Both the position numbers and the translations under genes were made by a program. The notes below the pieces were generated by a model, which was not told the origin of the DNA, did not search any database, and saw only the letters and a program-made list of their open reading frames with translations. A DNA stretch of 64,000 bases. Origin: Promethearchaeota archaeon (GTDB taxonomy: Archaea > Asgardarchaeota > Lokiarchaeia > Sigyniarchaeales > SOKP01). The stretch is from assembly GCA_016839765.1 (NCBI GenBank), contig JAEOTP010000015.1, forward strand, positions 98,282 to 162,281, read 5' to 3'. Below are positions 32,207 through 41,894 of this stretch, piece after piece. The first letter of the stretch is position 1; every line of letters starts with the position of its first letter.

Positions 32207-34171
32207 TTAATATAAATCCTTGATAACAAAATTCAAATCAAGATCTTTTAGAGTTTTTTCCAATGGATACCCATTTTCTGGATTCCATCCCATTTCAGTA
32301 CAATATCCTTTATAGAAATCTTTATACTCAACAGATATACCTTTAGCAGGCCCTTTTTGATCAGGTGGATGTCCAGTAATTCTACCGGGCAATTCATTTC
32401 TACTGATTTCTACACCCTCTCGTAACGTAAATGATTGCCTCAAAGTTTGAATTCTCTGTCCTATTTCAATAATATCATCCATATTGAGATTCCAACCTGT
32501 CAAAGAATTGATAAGATCCATAAATGGATATGGTCCAAATAGAGTTGAAAACATACATAAACCTGCACTGCATAAAGTTTGATGGAAACACGTTGTTAGT
32601 TTCTGGGCTTTTTGTTTAATCTTATCGCTTTTGTTCCAACCTTTCGGTAGTTTAAATGTTTTTTGGAATTTATCAATCGGGCCAATATCAATAAAATCTA
32701 CACTTGCTGCTGTATGCCTACCAGGAGTGGGATCAAAGTTATATGTAAATGCTAAGGAACGAAACGTTCTTGGATTATGCATAGCAACTTCAGAACCAAG
32801 GGATGTCATAGCATATTTTTGGCTATCCTTTCCTATTTTATTTGCTGCAATATTACAACCATCAGCTAAAAGATTACCTATTCCTTCTCGATTAATTATT
32901 TTTTTTACTAACTCAACTATAGCTTTTGAGTTTCCCCATGTTAATTCTAAACCATTAGTATCTTCTAAGCTTAAAATACCATTTTCAAAACATTCAATAG
33001 CAAAAGCAACTGTAGCTCCTGTTGAAATAGTATCAATTGCTGCACGGTTGCACAAATCATTAATCTCCAATATTGATATTAAGTTATCATTTAACAAAAG
33101 CGTTCCAAATGAGCAGCAGGTCTCATACTCAGGTAGAAATGTTTCTTCTAAATTTAGTTCTGGAACTTTTAAAATTGCTCCACACTGAATGGGACAACTA
33201 AAACACCCATAATCTCTAACCTTATAATCATGGATGAGAAGTGTAGAAATATTTTTTGATTTTGAGAATGGAAAATCATACATACCAATTCCAGACCAAT
33301 TTTTAACAGGAGAATCGCCTGTTTCTGCAGCAAGAGTGTTTCCAATACTAGTTCCAAATTTTCGATAGATATGTCTAATCATTCCTGCAGGACCTGAAAA
33401 CTTTATTCTAAATCTCCGTATTAATTTTGCAAAATTAGGAACTTTATTTAAAACAGATTTAATCAGTTTTCCTGGTTCCTTTTTTACTCCCATTCTATTA
33501 TAATTTTTAACTAAATTCATGAAGTGCTCTTTATTATAGATATTTAAGTTCTGATTTCCTTTTAAAACAAGTGCTTTAAGGTTTTTCGATCCCATTATCG
33601 CCCCTAAACCTGATCTGGCAGCAATTCGGCCCTTATCATTTGCAATTCCAGACATTTTAGATAATTTTTCACCTGCTTGTCCTATTCCTGCTATTTTAGC
33701 AGATTTCCCATATCTTTCTTTTAAAAGTTGTTCTGTCTTGACAAAATCTAGTCCCCACAAATCTGAAGCATCTGAAATTTCTTTATTGCCATTAAAAATT
33801 GATATATATACTGGATTTTGTACAATTCCTTTTACCAAAATCGCATCATAACCACATTTCTTTATCTCAGGTCCAAATGTTCCACCACTATTAGCATCCC
33901 CCCAAGTTCCAGTTAAAGGAGATTTTCCTACAATCATATATCTTCCAGATAAAGGAGCGGTTGTGCTAGTAAGTATTCCTGGGAAAAATCCCAGAATTGA
34001 TTCAGAGCTTAGAGGATCAATTCGAGGTTCCATATTATCATATAATATTTTACAGCCTAAACCATACCCCCCCAAATACTGATGATACAATTTATCTGGT
34101 AAGTTGACTTCTTCAAATTTACCATTTGATAAATCAAACCATAATATTTTACCAAAAAATCCGTAAGACAT
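32207..34171 (-). CDS. aor: Aldehyde:ferredoxin oxidoreductase (W/Mo)
   Basis: YLGGYG, KSPLTG, GRIAARSGLGAIMGSKNLK, CFSCPIQC, PEYET, DTIS. Confidence 0.95.
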   Translation of the reverse strand: MSYGFFGKILWFDLSNGKFEEVNLPDKLYHQYLGGYGLGCKILYDNMEPRIDPLSSESILGFFPGILTSTTAPLSGRYMIVGKSPLTGTWGDANSGGTFGPEIKKCGYDAILVKGIVQNPVYISIFNGNKEISDASDLWGLDFVKTEQLLKERYGKSAKIAGIGQAGEKLSKMSGIANDKGRIAARSGLGAIMGSKNLKALVLKGNQNLNIYNKEHFMNLVKNYNRMGVKKEPGKLIKSVLNKVPNFAKLIRRFRIKFSGPAGMIRHIYRKFGTSIGNTLAAETGDSPVKNWSGIGMYDFPFSKSKNISTLLIHDYKVRDYGCFSCPIQCGAILKVPELNLEETFLPEYETCCSFGTLLLNDNLISILEINDLCNRAAIDTISTGATVAFAIECFENGILSLEDTNGLELTWGNSKAIVELVKKIINREGIGNLLADGCNIAANKIGKDSQKYAMTSLGSEVAMHNPRTFRSLAFTYNFDPTPGRHTAASVDFIDIGPIDKFQKTFKLPKGWNKSDKIKQKAQKLTTCFHQTLCSAGLCMFSTLFGPYPFMDLINSLTGWNLNMDDIIEIGQRIQTLRQSFTLREGVEISRNELPGRITGHPPDQKGPAKGISVEYKDFYKGYCTEMGWNPENGYPLEKTLKDLDLNFVIKDLY

Positions 34172-34338
34172 CGTTTATTTTTGAATTTTATTTAGATTTT
34201 TAATTTAAAATTAAAAAATATTGGTTTAAATATTTCATAAAAAAGAAATGAAGTTAGAGAAAAAAACTTTTCATAAATTCTTAGATTTTAAGATTGAACT
34301 AATATTAATTGAATTAAATATTATGCGATGTTATTTTT

Positions 34339-35436
34339 ATGTCACCAGAAATCTACCATGAAAATGATGGAAATTTATCATTCTTAGACGGAAAACTTAT
34401 AGGAATGATTGGATATGGAAATCAGGGAAGATCACAAGCATTGAACATGAGAGATGCTGGATTGAAAGTAATTGTTGGTAATAGAGATGATGATTATAAG
34501 AAAAGAGCAGAAGATGATGAATTTGATACCTATTCAATTGCAGAAACTGTAAAGCTTGCAGATTACTTATTTCTTCTAATCCCTGATGAAATTATGAAAG
34601 ATGTCTATAAAAGTGAAATGCTCTCAAATCTTAAAGAAAAGCAAGCAATAATTTTTGCAAGTGGTTATAATATTGCTTTTGACTTGTTAGAGCCTCCAGA
34701 AAACATTGATGTTTTATTAATTGCTCCAAGAATGATAGGGATCGGGGTTAGAGAACGGTTTTTAAATAAAAAAGGATATTTTAGCTTTATAGGAGTGCAT
34801 CAAGATGCTTCAGGTAAGGCAAAAGAAATTTTATTAGCTTTAGCAAAAGCAGTTGGTGCTCTTAGTAAAGCAGGAATTGAAACTAGTTTTAAACAAGAAG
34901 CAGTTCTCGATCTTTTTACAGAACAAGCATTTGGTCCCGGTTTTGGTCAAATTTTAATGAATTCTATTAATACGCTAGTAGGAAAAGGATATCCCCCAGA
35001 GGCAGTTTTTGTAGAGTTAGTTTACTCTGGAGAAATGAGTTATACATATGAAAAAATGACGGAAGTTGGTTTGATAAATCAAATGAATTACCATTCTCAA
35101 ACATCCCAATATGGATCAATAAGCCGTGCGATTAAATTTCGAAAAGTATCTAAAGATATAAAAGAACTGCAACAAGATGTACTTGAAAACATTGAAAGTG
35201 GTGAGTTTGCTAAAGAATGGGAGGGTAAATTAAGTAAAATTAAATTTAAGTTATATAAATTCTTCAGAACTAAAATTCCATTTGCTAAATTAGAAAATAA
35301 AGCACGAAAGAACCTTGATCTTCCCATAGTCGATCTATTTGAGGATATACCTTATCCTAAAGAAGAAGTGATTAAAGAATTTGAGGAAATAGAAAAAGAA
35401 ATCGAAGATTTTAAGGAATTTTACAAAGATTTTTAA
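34339..35436 (+). CDS. ilvC: Ketol-acid reductoisomerase (class I)
   Basis: GYGNQG, LLIPDE, APRMIG, DLFTEQ, HSQTSQYG. Confidence 0.9.
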   Translation: MSPEIYHENDGNLSFLDGKLIGMIGYGNQGRSQALNMRDAGLKVIVGNRDDDYKKRAEDDEFDTYSIAETVKLADYLFLLIPDEIMKDVYKSEMLSNLKEKQAIIFASGYNIAFDLLEPPENIDVLLIAPRMIGIGVRERFLNKKGYFSFIGVHQDASGKAKEILLALAKAVGALSKAGIETSFKQEAVLDLFTEQAFGPGFGQILMNSINTLVGKGYPPEAVFVELVYSGEMSYTYEKMTEVGLINQMNYHSQTSQYGSISRAIKFRKVSKDIKELQQDVLENIESGEFAKEWEGKLSKIKFKLYKFFRTKIPFAKLENKARKNLDLPIVDLFEDIPYPKEEVIKEFEEIEKEIEDFKEFYKDF

Positions 35437-35538
35437 TTTTTATAAATTAGTTTTTAAAATTTTCTTCTTATAATTCCTTTTCTATTGTTTTAAATTAAAA
35501 ATATGGCTTTTATTTAACAACTCTTTTAATCAAACGGT

Positions 35539-35552
35539 CGAAACTTATAAAT
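35539..35552 (+). promoter_or_regulatory. BRE/TATA promoter for the 35721 ORF
   Basis: CGAAAC-TTATAAAT, the same BRE hexamer as the grpE promoter. Confidence 0.6.
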
Positions 35553-35720
35553 ATGTCGTTTTTTATATTATAATCGATTAGAGATTTATCAGAGATTTTT
35601 AGTTAATGCCATTAGTTTATTAGGATTTAATGGTTTAAGGGTAATCTTCGGAGAAATCGATCAAAAGCAAAAAATTGATAAAATTAAATCATATTTTCAA
35701 GAATATTTTGGAGGTATGAA

Positions 35721-35936
35721 ATGTCTTTATTCGCAACTACAAAAAAGGATGAGTTAATGCTAAGTAAATTTATTGATTGGGACAAGTTTGAAAATTGCTT
35801 TTACAATAATATCTATTTAGATGATTATAAGATTGTAGTTAAAATGCCTTTAATTCCAAGAAAAAATTCTAAAAAAGATATAAAAATTAAGAAATTTGAT
35901 TTAACTAAATATATTTACCTTGTTTCTTATGATTAG
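35721..35936 (+). CDS. Small hypothetical protein
   Basis: 71 aa ORF, GGAGGT RBS, upstream promoter. Confidence 0.7.
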   Translation: MSLFATTKKDELMLSKFIDWDKFENCFYNNIYLDDYKIVVKMPLIPRKNSKKDIKIKKFDLTKYIYLVSYD

Positions 35937-35982
35937 TATATATTTAGAACCCAATCTTATTAAGAAGAAATTTTGAGTTAAA

Positions 35983-36111
35983 TTAGTTAATTAGTTTTTT
36001 CTCTCTAAGATATTTATTCCAACATGAAAAGCAGATATAATCTCCGCCCTCATATTTAACTAAATCTTTAGTAGATCTAATCATTCCGCACTTTTTGCAT
36101 TTCTTTTTCAT
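35983..36111 (-). CDS. 42-aa C4 zinc-finger micro-protein (not in ORF track)
   Basis: MKKKCKKCGMIRSTKDLVKYEGGDYICFSCWNKYLREKKLIN, CxxC-x18-CxxC. Confidence 0.7.
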   Translation of the reverse strand: MKKKCKKCGMIRSTKDLVKYEGGDYICFSCWNKYLREKKLIN

Positions 36112-36217
36112 AAATAAAATGAATCTTATTTTTAAATTAACTCTAAGATATCTAATATCTTACATTTTTTAATTTTTCTGGAATTATATTTGTATGAATC
36201 TTAAGTTTTATAAAAAA

Positions 36218-36336
36218 AAGCGTAAGGATCCATAGTTCGAGCAAAAATTATAAGGTTTAGAAATAATTAAGCATTTCTGCTTAATAGAGGGCGAAATCCA
36301 ATGTTTAGCTCGAGTTAATGGAATCCTTCCGTTTCT
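36218..36336. ncRNA. Candidate structured RNA (long multi-helix hairpin)
   Basis: Nested complementary arms AAGGAT/ATCCTT, CCAT/ATGG, AGTTCGAGC/GCTCGAGTT and inner ATTAAGCA/TGCTTAAT. Confidence 0.45.
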
Positions 36337-36534
36337 TAATTAGATCTCTGTTTGTATATTGTTAAAGTTTATTTAAAAAAAATATTTTACGTGATGATAG
36401 AACGGAATATTAGTTCCTTGCGACAAAAATCTCAAAACAGCTTCAATTTTGGCAAAGAGCAGAATTGTATGATAAATGAAAATGAATAATGTAATCTTTT
36501 TTAGGTGAACCTAGATTTTTTTTAAATATATATA

Positions 36535-37098
36535 TTGATCACAGGTCATATTAGTTTGAATGTAGATGAGTGGTTGAATAAAAAAGCTGAACTTATTTTA
36601 AAAGAAATTGGAATTAAAGCAGGCTTTAAAGTATTAGATTTTGGCTGTGGTTCAGGTATTTATACTACGATTATTTCCAATATTGTAGGAAATAAAGGTA
36701 AAGTCTATGCTCTTGATTATGCTGATGATAAACTGCAAGAATTAAATTCTAAGATTAAATCCTATAAACTGGAAAACATTGAAATAATTAAAACCTCAAG
36801 AGAAATATCTTTTCCTTTTCAAGATAGCTATTTGGATGTAATATTACTTTATGACGTATGGCATCTTTTAAGCGATAATGAGCGATTAGAGTTTTTGAAA
36901 GAAACTAAACGTGCTTTAAAAAAAGGAGGATTTGTCTCTTATTTAGCTACTCATTTGCATGATCCTAATGTAAGCGTGGAAAAAGTTCATAATTTAATGA
37001 AAGAAAATGATTTAATATTGTTAGAAAAATTCAATAAACCAATGTTTCATTGGAGTTGGATTGAAGAATATCAAATTTTTAATTATTATAAAAAGTGA
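36535..37098 (+). CDS. Class I SAM-dependent methyltransferase
   Basis: VLDFGCGSG, VYALD, LKKGG. Confidence 0.9.
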   Translation: MITGHISLNVDEWLNKKAELILKEIGIKAGFKVLDFGCGSGIYTTIISNIVGNKGKVYALDYADDKLQELNSKIKSYKLENIEIIKTSREISFPFQDSYLDVILLYDVWHLLSDNERLEFLKETKRALKKGGFVSYLATHLHDPNVSVEKVHNLMKENDLILLEKFNKPMFHWSWIEEYQIFNYYKK

Positions 37099-37260
37099 TA
37101 TATTAATTTTATTTCTTTTTAGTTTTGTTACTTCTCCTAGTCTTTCTAACTCATTTAAGATTTTTAGATTTAACATCATTTCTGATGCTTCAACGATAAC
37201 TATTGCATCAAGAAATTCAATCCTATGAAGATACTTTTCAAATGTTTTAATATATTCTTT

Positions 37261-37380
37261 AAATGTTTCTTCAATAATGATCAAATTGAATATAGTCAAT
37301 GTTTAATCGATCTTAATGATTCTTCCATAAATTGGACAATAGAATTATTTGAATGGTATTGGAAGAGAGAAAAAATCTGA
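37261..37380 (+). pseudogene. C-terminal remnant of an archaeal HTH regulator (DUF1724-like tail)
   Basis: Start-less frame FFNNDQIEYSQCLIDLNDSSINWTIELFEWYWKREKI*, resembling the W-x3-LFEWY tail of that family. Confidence 0.45.
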
Positions 37381-37453
37381 AAGCTTTTATTAAGAGAGAA
37401 CTTTAATCCGTTAATTAAAACGATTTTGACTATTCTGAATTAATAAAAATAAA

Positions 37454-37999
37454 TTGGTTCTTATGCCTAAAAATAAAAAAAAAATTTTAAAAAAGATAAT
37501 AAGAATCGAGCTTGAAATGTTTGAAAATGTTAGAACTAGTCAACCCTCTTTATGTCAAGAAAACCCTGTGACATTTAAGTTAATGAGGGAAATGAATCAT
37601 AGTGCCTTATCTTATAGCGTACTTAAATCATATCTTGAAGATTTAAAAACTGCAAAGTTAATAGGAAGGAACTTAATGACTGAAAAATATGCTCGCATGA
37701 ATAATATTATCCCCCCACTTAAAGTTAATCCATTAATCCAAAAAATTGTTTCTGTAGAATCAGATTGGATGAATGAGTTATCAAATCGATATCCATTAAG
37801 TATAAATCATAAACCAGAATATTTTAATAGATATCTCTCATGTGAGTTAGAAACTTATTCTGATAGATCAATTGAATTATATGAAAATAATATTGAATTA
37901 GCAAAAAAAAGTGGCATAAGTTTAGCAAAAGTAAGATTTGATTATCTTATTAAAAAATTGGGGTATTGCTCTTTAGAAGAATTCGAATCCAAAAGATAA
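37454..37999 (+). CDS. DUF4125 family protein
   Basis: ELEMFENV...CQENP..F..MR, GRNLMTEKYARM, YLSCELETYS. Confidence 0.85.
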   Translation: MVLMPKNKKKILKKIIRIELEMFENVRTSQPSLCQENPVTFKLMREMNHSALSYSVLKSYLEDLKTAKLIGRNLMTEKYARMNNIIPPLKVNPLIQKIVSVESDWMNELSNRYPLSINHKPEYFNRYLSCELETYSDRSIELYENNIELAKKSGISLAKVRFDYLIKKLGYCSLEEFESKR

Positions 38000-38175
38000 T
38001 TAAAGACATAGGTTAATTAATCTTTTACTTTTTATTTATCGAATAAATATCAAAACAACTTTTAAAAAACTACTGAAATACATTTGATTGTTATGATTTA
38101 TTAAACCTACTTTTATTATTCCTATTCTATCAGTATAATTAAATGATTTTAATTTAATTTATGTTTTGATGAGTT

Positions 38176-38775
38176 ATGTTTGAAACAGATATGGTAAAAA
38201 AGAGTTATAATAAAATTGCTGCGTCTTATTATTCACATAGAGATTTAAACAAGTTTAATGGTGAATTGGATAAATTTATTGATCTTTTACCTAAGAATGG
38301 GCATGTATTAGATGTTGGATGCGGTGCTGGAATCCCCACAGGAAAATATTTAGTAAGTAGAGGGTTAAAAGTGACTGGTATAGATATTTCAGATACAATG
38401 CTTGAGATGGCTAGAAAAAATGTACCAGAAGGCAATTTTATTAATAAAGATATGAATAAACTTGATTTTAATGAAAATTCATTTGATGGCATTATTTCTG
38501 TTTATGCCTTATTTCATGTTCCAAAAAAGAATCATCCGAATATTTTTAAACAATTTTTTAAAATACTAAAACCTGGTGGAATTTTGCTAATTAATACGGG
38601 AACTTCTGAGTCTGAAGGATTAAGTAAATTTTTTGGGGAATCTATGTTTTGGAGTAATTATGATCCTAAGAAGACATTGGAAATAGTTAAATCAGTTGGA
38701 TTTTCAATATTATTTGAAGGTGTTCTTGTTAGAGGTGGTGAATTCCAGTATTGGATTTTTGCCAAAAAACAATAA
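38176..38775 (+). CDS. Class I SAM-dependent methyltransferase
   Basis: VLDVGCGAG, GIDIS, SFDGI, LKPGG. Confidence 0.92.
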   Translation: MFETDMVKKSYNKIAASYYSHRDLNKFNGELDKFIDLLPKNGHVLDVGCGAGIPTGKYLVSRGLKVTGIDISDTMLEMARKNVPEGNFINKDMNKLDFNENSFDGIISVYALFHVPKKNHPNIFKQFFKILKPGGILLINTGTSESEGLSKFFGESMFWSNYDPKKTLEIVKSVGFSILFEGVLVRGGEFQYWIFAKKQ

Positions 38776-38789
38776 GCTTTAAAAAAAAT

Positions 38790-39575
38790 CTAATTTAACT
38801 TTAACAAGGCATCTTCAATCGCTTTTCTTAGTATACTTTTCTCTATTTCTGGGCCTATTTCTAGCATATTGCCATTCACATAGATTCTTCGAGAAATCCC
38901 ATATTGCTCTAATATTGATTGGTCCACTGCCGAAAATTCATTAAGAATAACATTATTTCCAAATTCTGAAACAACTTCTCGCACTCTTTGTTCCTCAATG
39001 TCACTTGTTAAACAAAATCTATTCCAAAATAGATCTACAATAACTTTTCCTTTCTCTGGTTTAAATTTATATTTTTCTTCTCGGAAATGAGGAGGTTCAA
39101 CTTTTTCATCAAATTTTTTCCAAAATATTGCTTCTTCGCCTCTTTTTTCTGCTACTTTAAAACCTAACTTTAGAAAAAAACTAGCTGGCATAAACCAGAA
39201 ATCCCAAAAGTAACCAATTGTTGCAATTCCTCTTCGTTTTTGTTTATAAGTTTCTTCTTCTGCTGCCTTAATCAATGCTTTTCCTACACCTTTGTCAGAA
39301 AATTTCGAGTGCGCCACTAAGCATGGAAAAACCATTAAATCTTTACCTTGAATTTGCCAAGGATTAATTTCAATAGGCATAATATATAAAAATCCTGCAT
39401 GAAGATCACCTAAAAGAGCTACTTTAACTTTCAATCCATATTTTTCCATACTTCTAAGCCAAGATATACGGCGTGGAGCGGACTTTTCTCTTTCAATATT
39501 ATTTTCATTTACATGAGTACAGGTACCAACGTAATACTCATCAACTTTAGTCATATCTCGAATAATGATTTGCAT
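38790..39575 (-). CDS. GNAT acetyltransferase with C-terminal thioredoxin-like (YoaP-like) domain
   Basis: DKGVGKALIKAAEE, FFLKLGF, then VDLFWNRFC...IYVNG. Confidence 0.8.
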   Translation of the reverse strand: MQIIIRDMTKVDEYYVGTCTHVNENNIEREKSAPRRISWLRSMEKYGLKVKVALLGDLHAGFLYIMPIEINPWQIQGKDLMVFPCLVAHSKFSDKGVGKALIKAAEEETYKQKRRGIATIGYFWDFWFMPASFFLKLGFKVAEKRGEEAIFWKKFDEKVEPPHFREEKYKFKPEKGKVIVDLFWNRFCLTSDIEEQRVREVVSEFGNNVILNEFSAVDQSILEQYGISRRIYVNGNMLEIGPEIEKSILRKAIEDALLKLN

Positions 39576-39618
39576 TTGGAATGATTCCTACATTTATTTA
39601 AATTAGTTTAATGTTTCA

Positions 39619-41112
39619 TTATAGTTCTAATTTTGATAGAAATCTAGGCGGTTTACGTATCCTTGTTGCTTGTTCAAAAGAATACGCGATTTTAAGTAAT
39701 TTTGGCTCCTGAAAAGCACCACCAAAAAATGAAATACCAACTGGTAAACCAAACACATAACCTACTGGAACTGTTATATTGGGATACCCCGCAACTGCTG
39801 CAGCAGAAGAGCTTCCTCCAGTGAAATGATCTCCATTAACATAATCGATTGGCCAGGCAGCTCCTCCACTTGGAGCTATAATAGCATCTAATTGATACTC
39901 CTTTAAAACTGCATCAATTCCTTCATCTCGAGCTAAACGATGACATTTTTCTAACGCTTTTTTATACTCATCACTCGTTAGGGGGCCTTTTTCGCTTGCC
40001 ATAATGAATATTTCTTGTCCAAAATAAGGCATAACATTCTCTTGATGTTCTTTGTTAAACTGGATAATATCATCTATATTCTTTATAGAATTAATTGGTC
40101 CATATTTGGCTAAATACTCATTCAAATCATGTTTAAAATCAAATAAAAGGAGTTCAAATTCGGGATCCTCTAAATCATCAATAGTTTTAATTTCGATTGG
40201 ATCTATTATTTCTGCTCCGAGTTCCTTCATTTTCTTAATTGCTTCCTCTATAATCATATCTATACGATCATTTTTACCAAAATAATTTCGAGCAACGCCA
40301 ATTCTTGCTCCATTCAAGCCATGAGGATCTAAAAATTTCGTATAGTCTGAAGGAATTTCTTTTTTATGCTTTATGGTGCTTAAATCATTAGGATCAACCC
40401 CTGCTATTATACTCAATAAAATTGCAGCATCTCGAACGGTTCTTGCCATAGTTCCAGCGGCATCTTGATTATGTGAAATTGGAATAATTCCAGTTCGACT
40501 AACTAATCCGACAGTTGGTTTAATTCCTACAATTGAATTAACATGTGAAGGACAGATAATCGATCCATCAGTTTCAGTTCCTATGGCTACCGAACATAAA
40601 TTCGATGCTACTGCAACAGCAGACCCAGAACTTGATCCACATGGGCTTCTATCCAATGAATAAGGATTAAGAGTCTGTCCTCCTCGACTACTCCAACCGC
40701 TAGTAGAGCGCGTTGAACGGAAATTTGCCCATTCACTTAAATTTGCTTTTGCGAGAATTATTGCCCCTGCTTCTCGTAATTTTTTAACAATAAACGCATC
40801 TTCTGAAGTATTATGGCCTTCAAAGGCTAATGACCCTGCAGTTGTTTGCATTTTATCTGCAGTGTTAATGTTATCTTTAATAATAACCGGAATACCATGT
40901 AAAGGTCCACGGACTTTTTTATTTTTCCATTCCTTATCTAAATTTTCTGCAATTTCTAATGCTTCTGGATTAATTTCAATTATTGAATTTAATTTGGGAC
41001 CAGATTTATCAATTTCATGAATACGAGTTAAGTACATCTTAGTTAGTTTCCTAGCAGAGATTTTCCCTTTTTTCATTAAAGCTTGAATTTCAGTAATACT
41101 AAATTCCTTCAT
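39619..41112 (-). CDS. Amidase (amidase-signature family)
   Basis: LHGIPVIIKDN, GSSSGS, GTETDGSI. Confidence 0.95.
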   Translation of the reverse strand: MKEFSITEIQALMKKGKISARKLTKMYLTRIHEIDKSGPKLNSIIEINPEALEIAENLDKEWKNKKVRGPLHGIPVIIKDNINTADKMQTTAGSLAFEGHNTSEDAFIVKKLREAGAIILAKANLSEWANFRSTRSTSGWSSRGGQTLNPYSLDRSPCGSSSGSAVAVASNLCSVAIGTETDGSIICPSHVNSIVGIKPTVGLVSRTGIIPISHNQDAAGTMARTVRDAAILLSIIAGVDPNDLSTIKHKKEIPSDYTKFLDPHGLNGARIGVARNYFGKNDRIDMIIEEAIKKMKELGAEIIDPIEIKTIDDLEDPEFELLLFDFKHDLNEYLAKYGPINSIKNIDDIIQFNKEHQENVMPYFGQEIFIMASEKGPLTSDEYKKALEKCHRLARDEGIDAVLKEYQLDAIIAPSGGAAWPIDYVNGDHFTGGSSSAAAVAGYPNITVPVGYVFGLPVGISFFGGAFQEPKLLKIAYSFEQATRIRKPPRFLSKLEL

Positions 41113-41279
41113 TTCTTTATATCCTTTTGAAAATAATCTTTTATTATCTCTATTTTAAAAAAAGTTAATGAAAATATGATAAATTTTAAAAATCTCTTGA
41201 AATCTACAATAGTTTCCCACCTTGTTTCTGAATAAAAAGACTCCTATAAGATTTTACAAGAACTAATTCAATTATTTGT

Positions 41280-41741
41280 TTATTCCTTAATTCTATCCTT
41301 TAATTCTTCAAATGCTTTTTTCCAAGCGTTTTCAAAGAAATTTCGAGCTTCTTGCCATTCTTGTGTTTTTCTCCAGCCTGTATGAAAAAAATGTATATTT
41401 GTGTTATTCGGGTTAAAATCGCTAACAGAAAAAAATACTATAACATGAGTTAACGGATCAGCAGAATTCATAAAGGATTTGAATTGTACAGGACCTTTCC
41501 AATCAAATGAAATAAATTTATTTAACTCAATTCCAGTAACTTTACAACCGATAGTGCTATTATCTTGGGGATTGCTTGGGTCCCAAAAAAGCTCATATTT
41601 TCCTCTATTTTTTGGTTCTACATCAGCCTTCTCAGTCAACCAAGATTCCAATAAATTATTTTCTGTAAACATCTTAAATGCTGTATGGATATCACAATTT
41701 AATTCTTCTTTAATCATAACGATATTTTCTATATCAAACAC
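41280..41741 (-). CDS. SRPBCC / AHSA1-like ligand-binding protein
   Basis: AFKMFTE...W, HTGW, C-terminal helix with W..AFEEL. Confidence 0.85.
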   Translation of the reverse strand: MFDIENIVMIKEELNCDIHTAFKMFTENNLLESWLTEKADVEPKNRGKYELFWDPSNPQDNSTIGCKVTGIELNKFISFDWKGPVQFKSFMNSADPLTHVIVFFSVSDFNPNNTNIHFFHTGWRKTQEWQEARNFFENAWKKAFEELKDRIKE

Positions 41742-41894
41742 CTATCAATTATTATTTGCATGTTTACATCTCTTTTAATAGGCTATATAAATCTCAATAG
41801 TTAAAATATTTATTACATATTAGATTGATAGTCCATTAGTAATCTAAAAATCATTTTATTTATATCTTTAATTGAATTTTAGGTGTGAGTTCTT

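Noticed and set aside
36394-36490. Short plus-strand ORF (MIERNISS...)
   Set aside because: About 31 aa with no RBS or motif, so it cannot be supported.
37021-37299. 92-aa minus-strand ORF as an intact gene
   Set aside because: TTG start without RBS and a 78-nt overlap with the convergent methyltransferase. Treated as a possible remnant.
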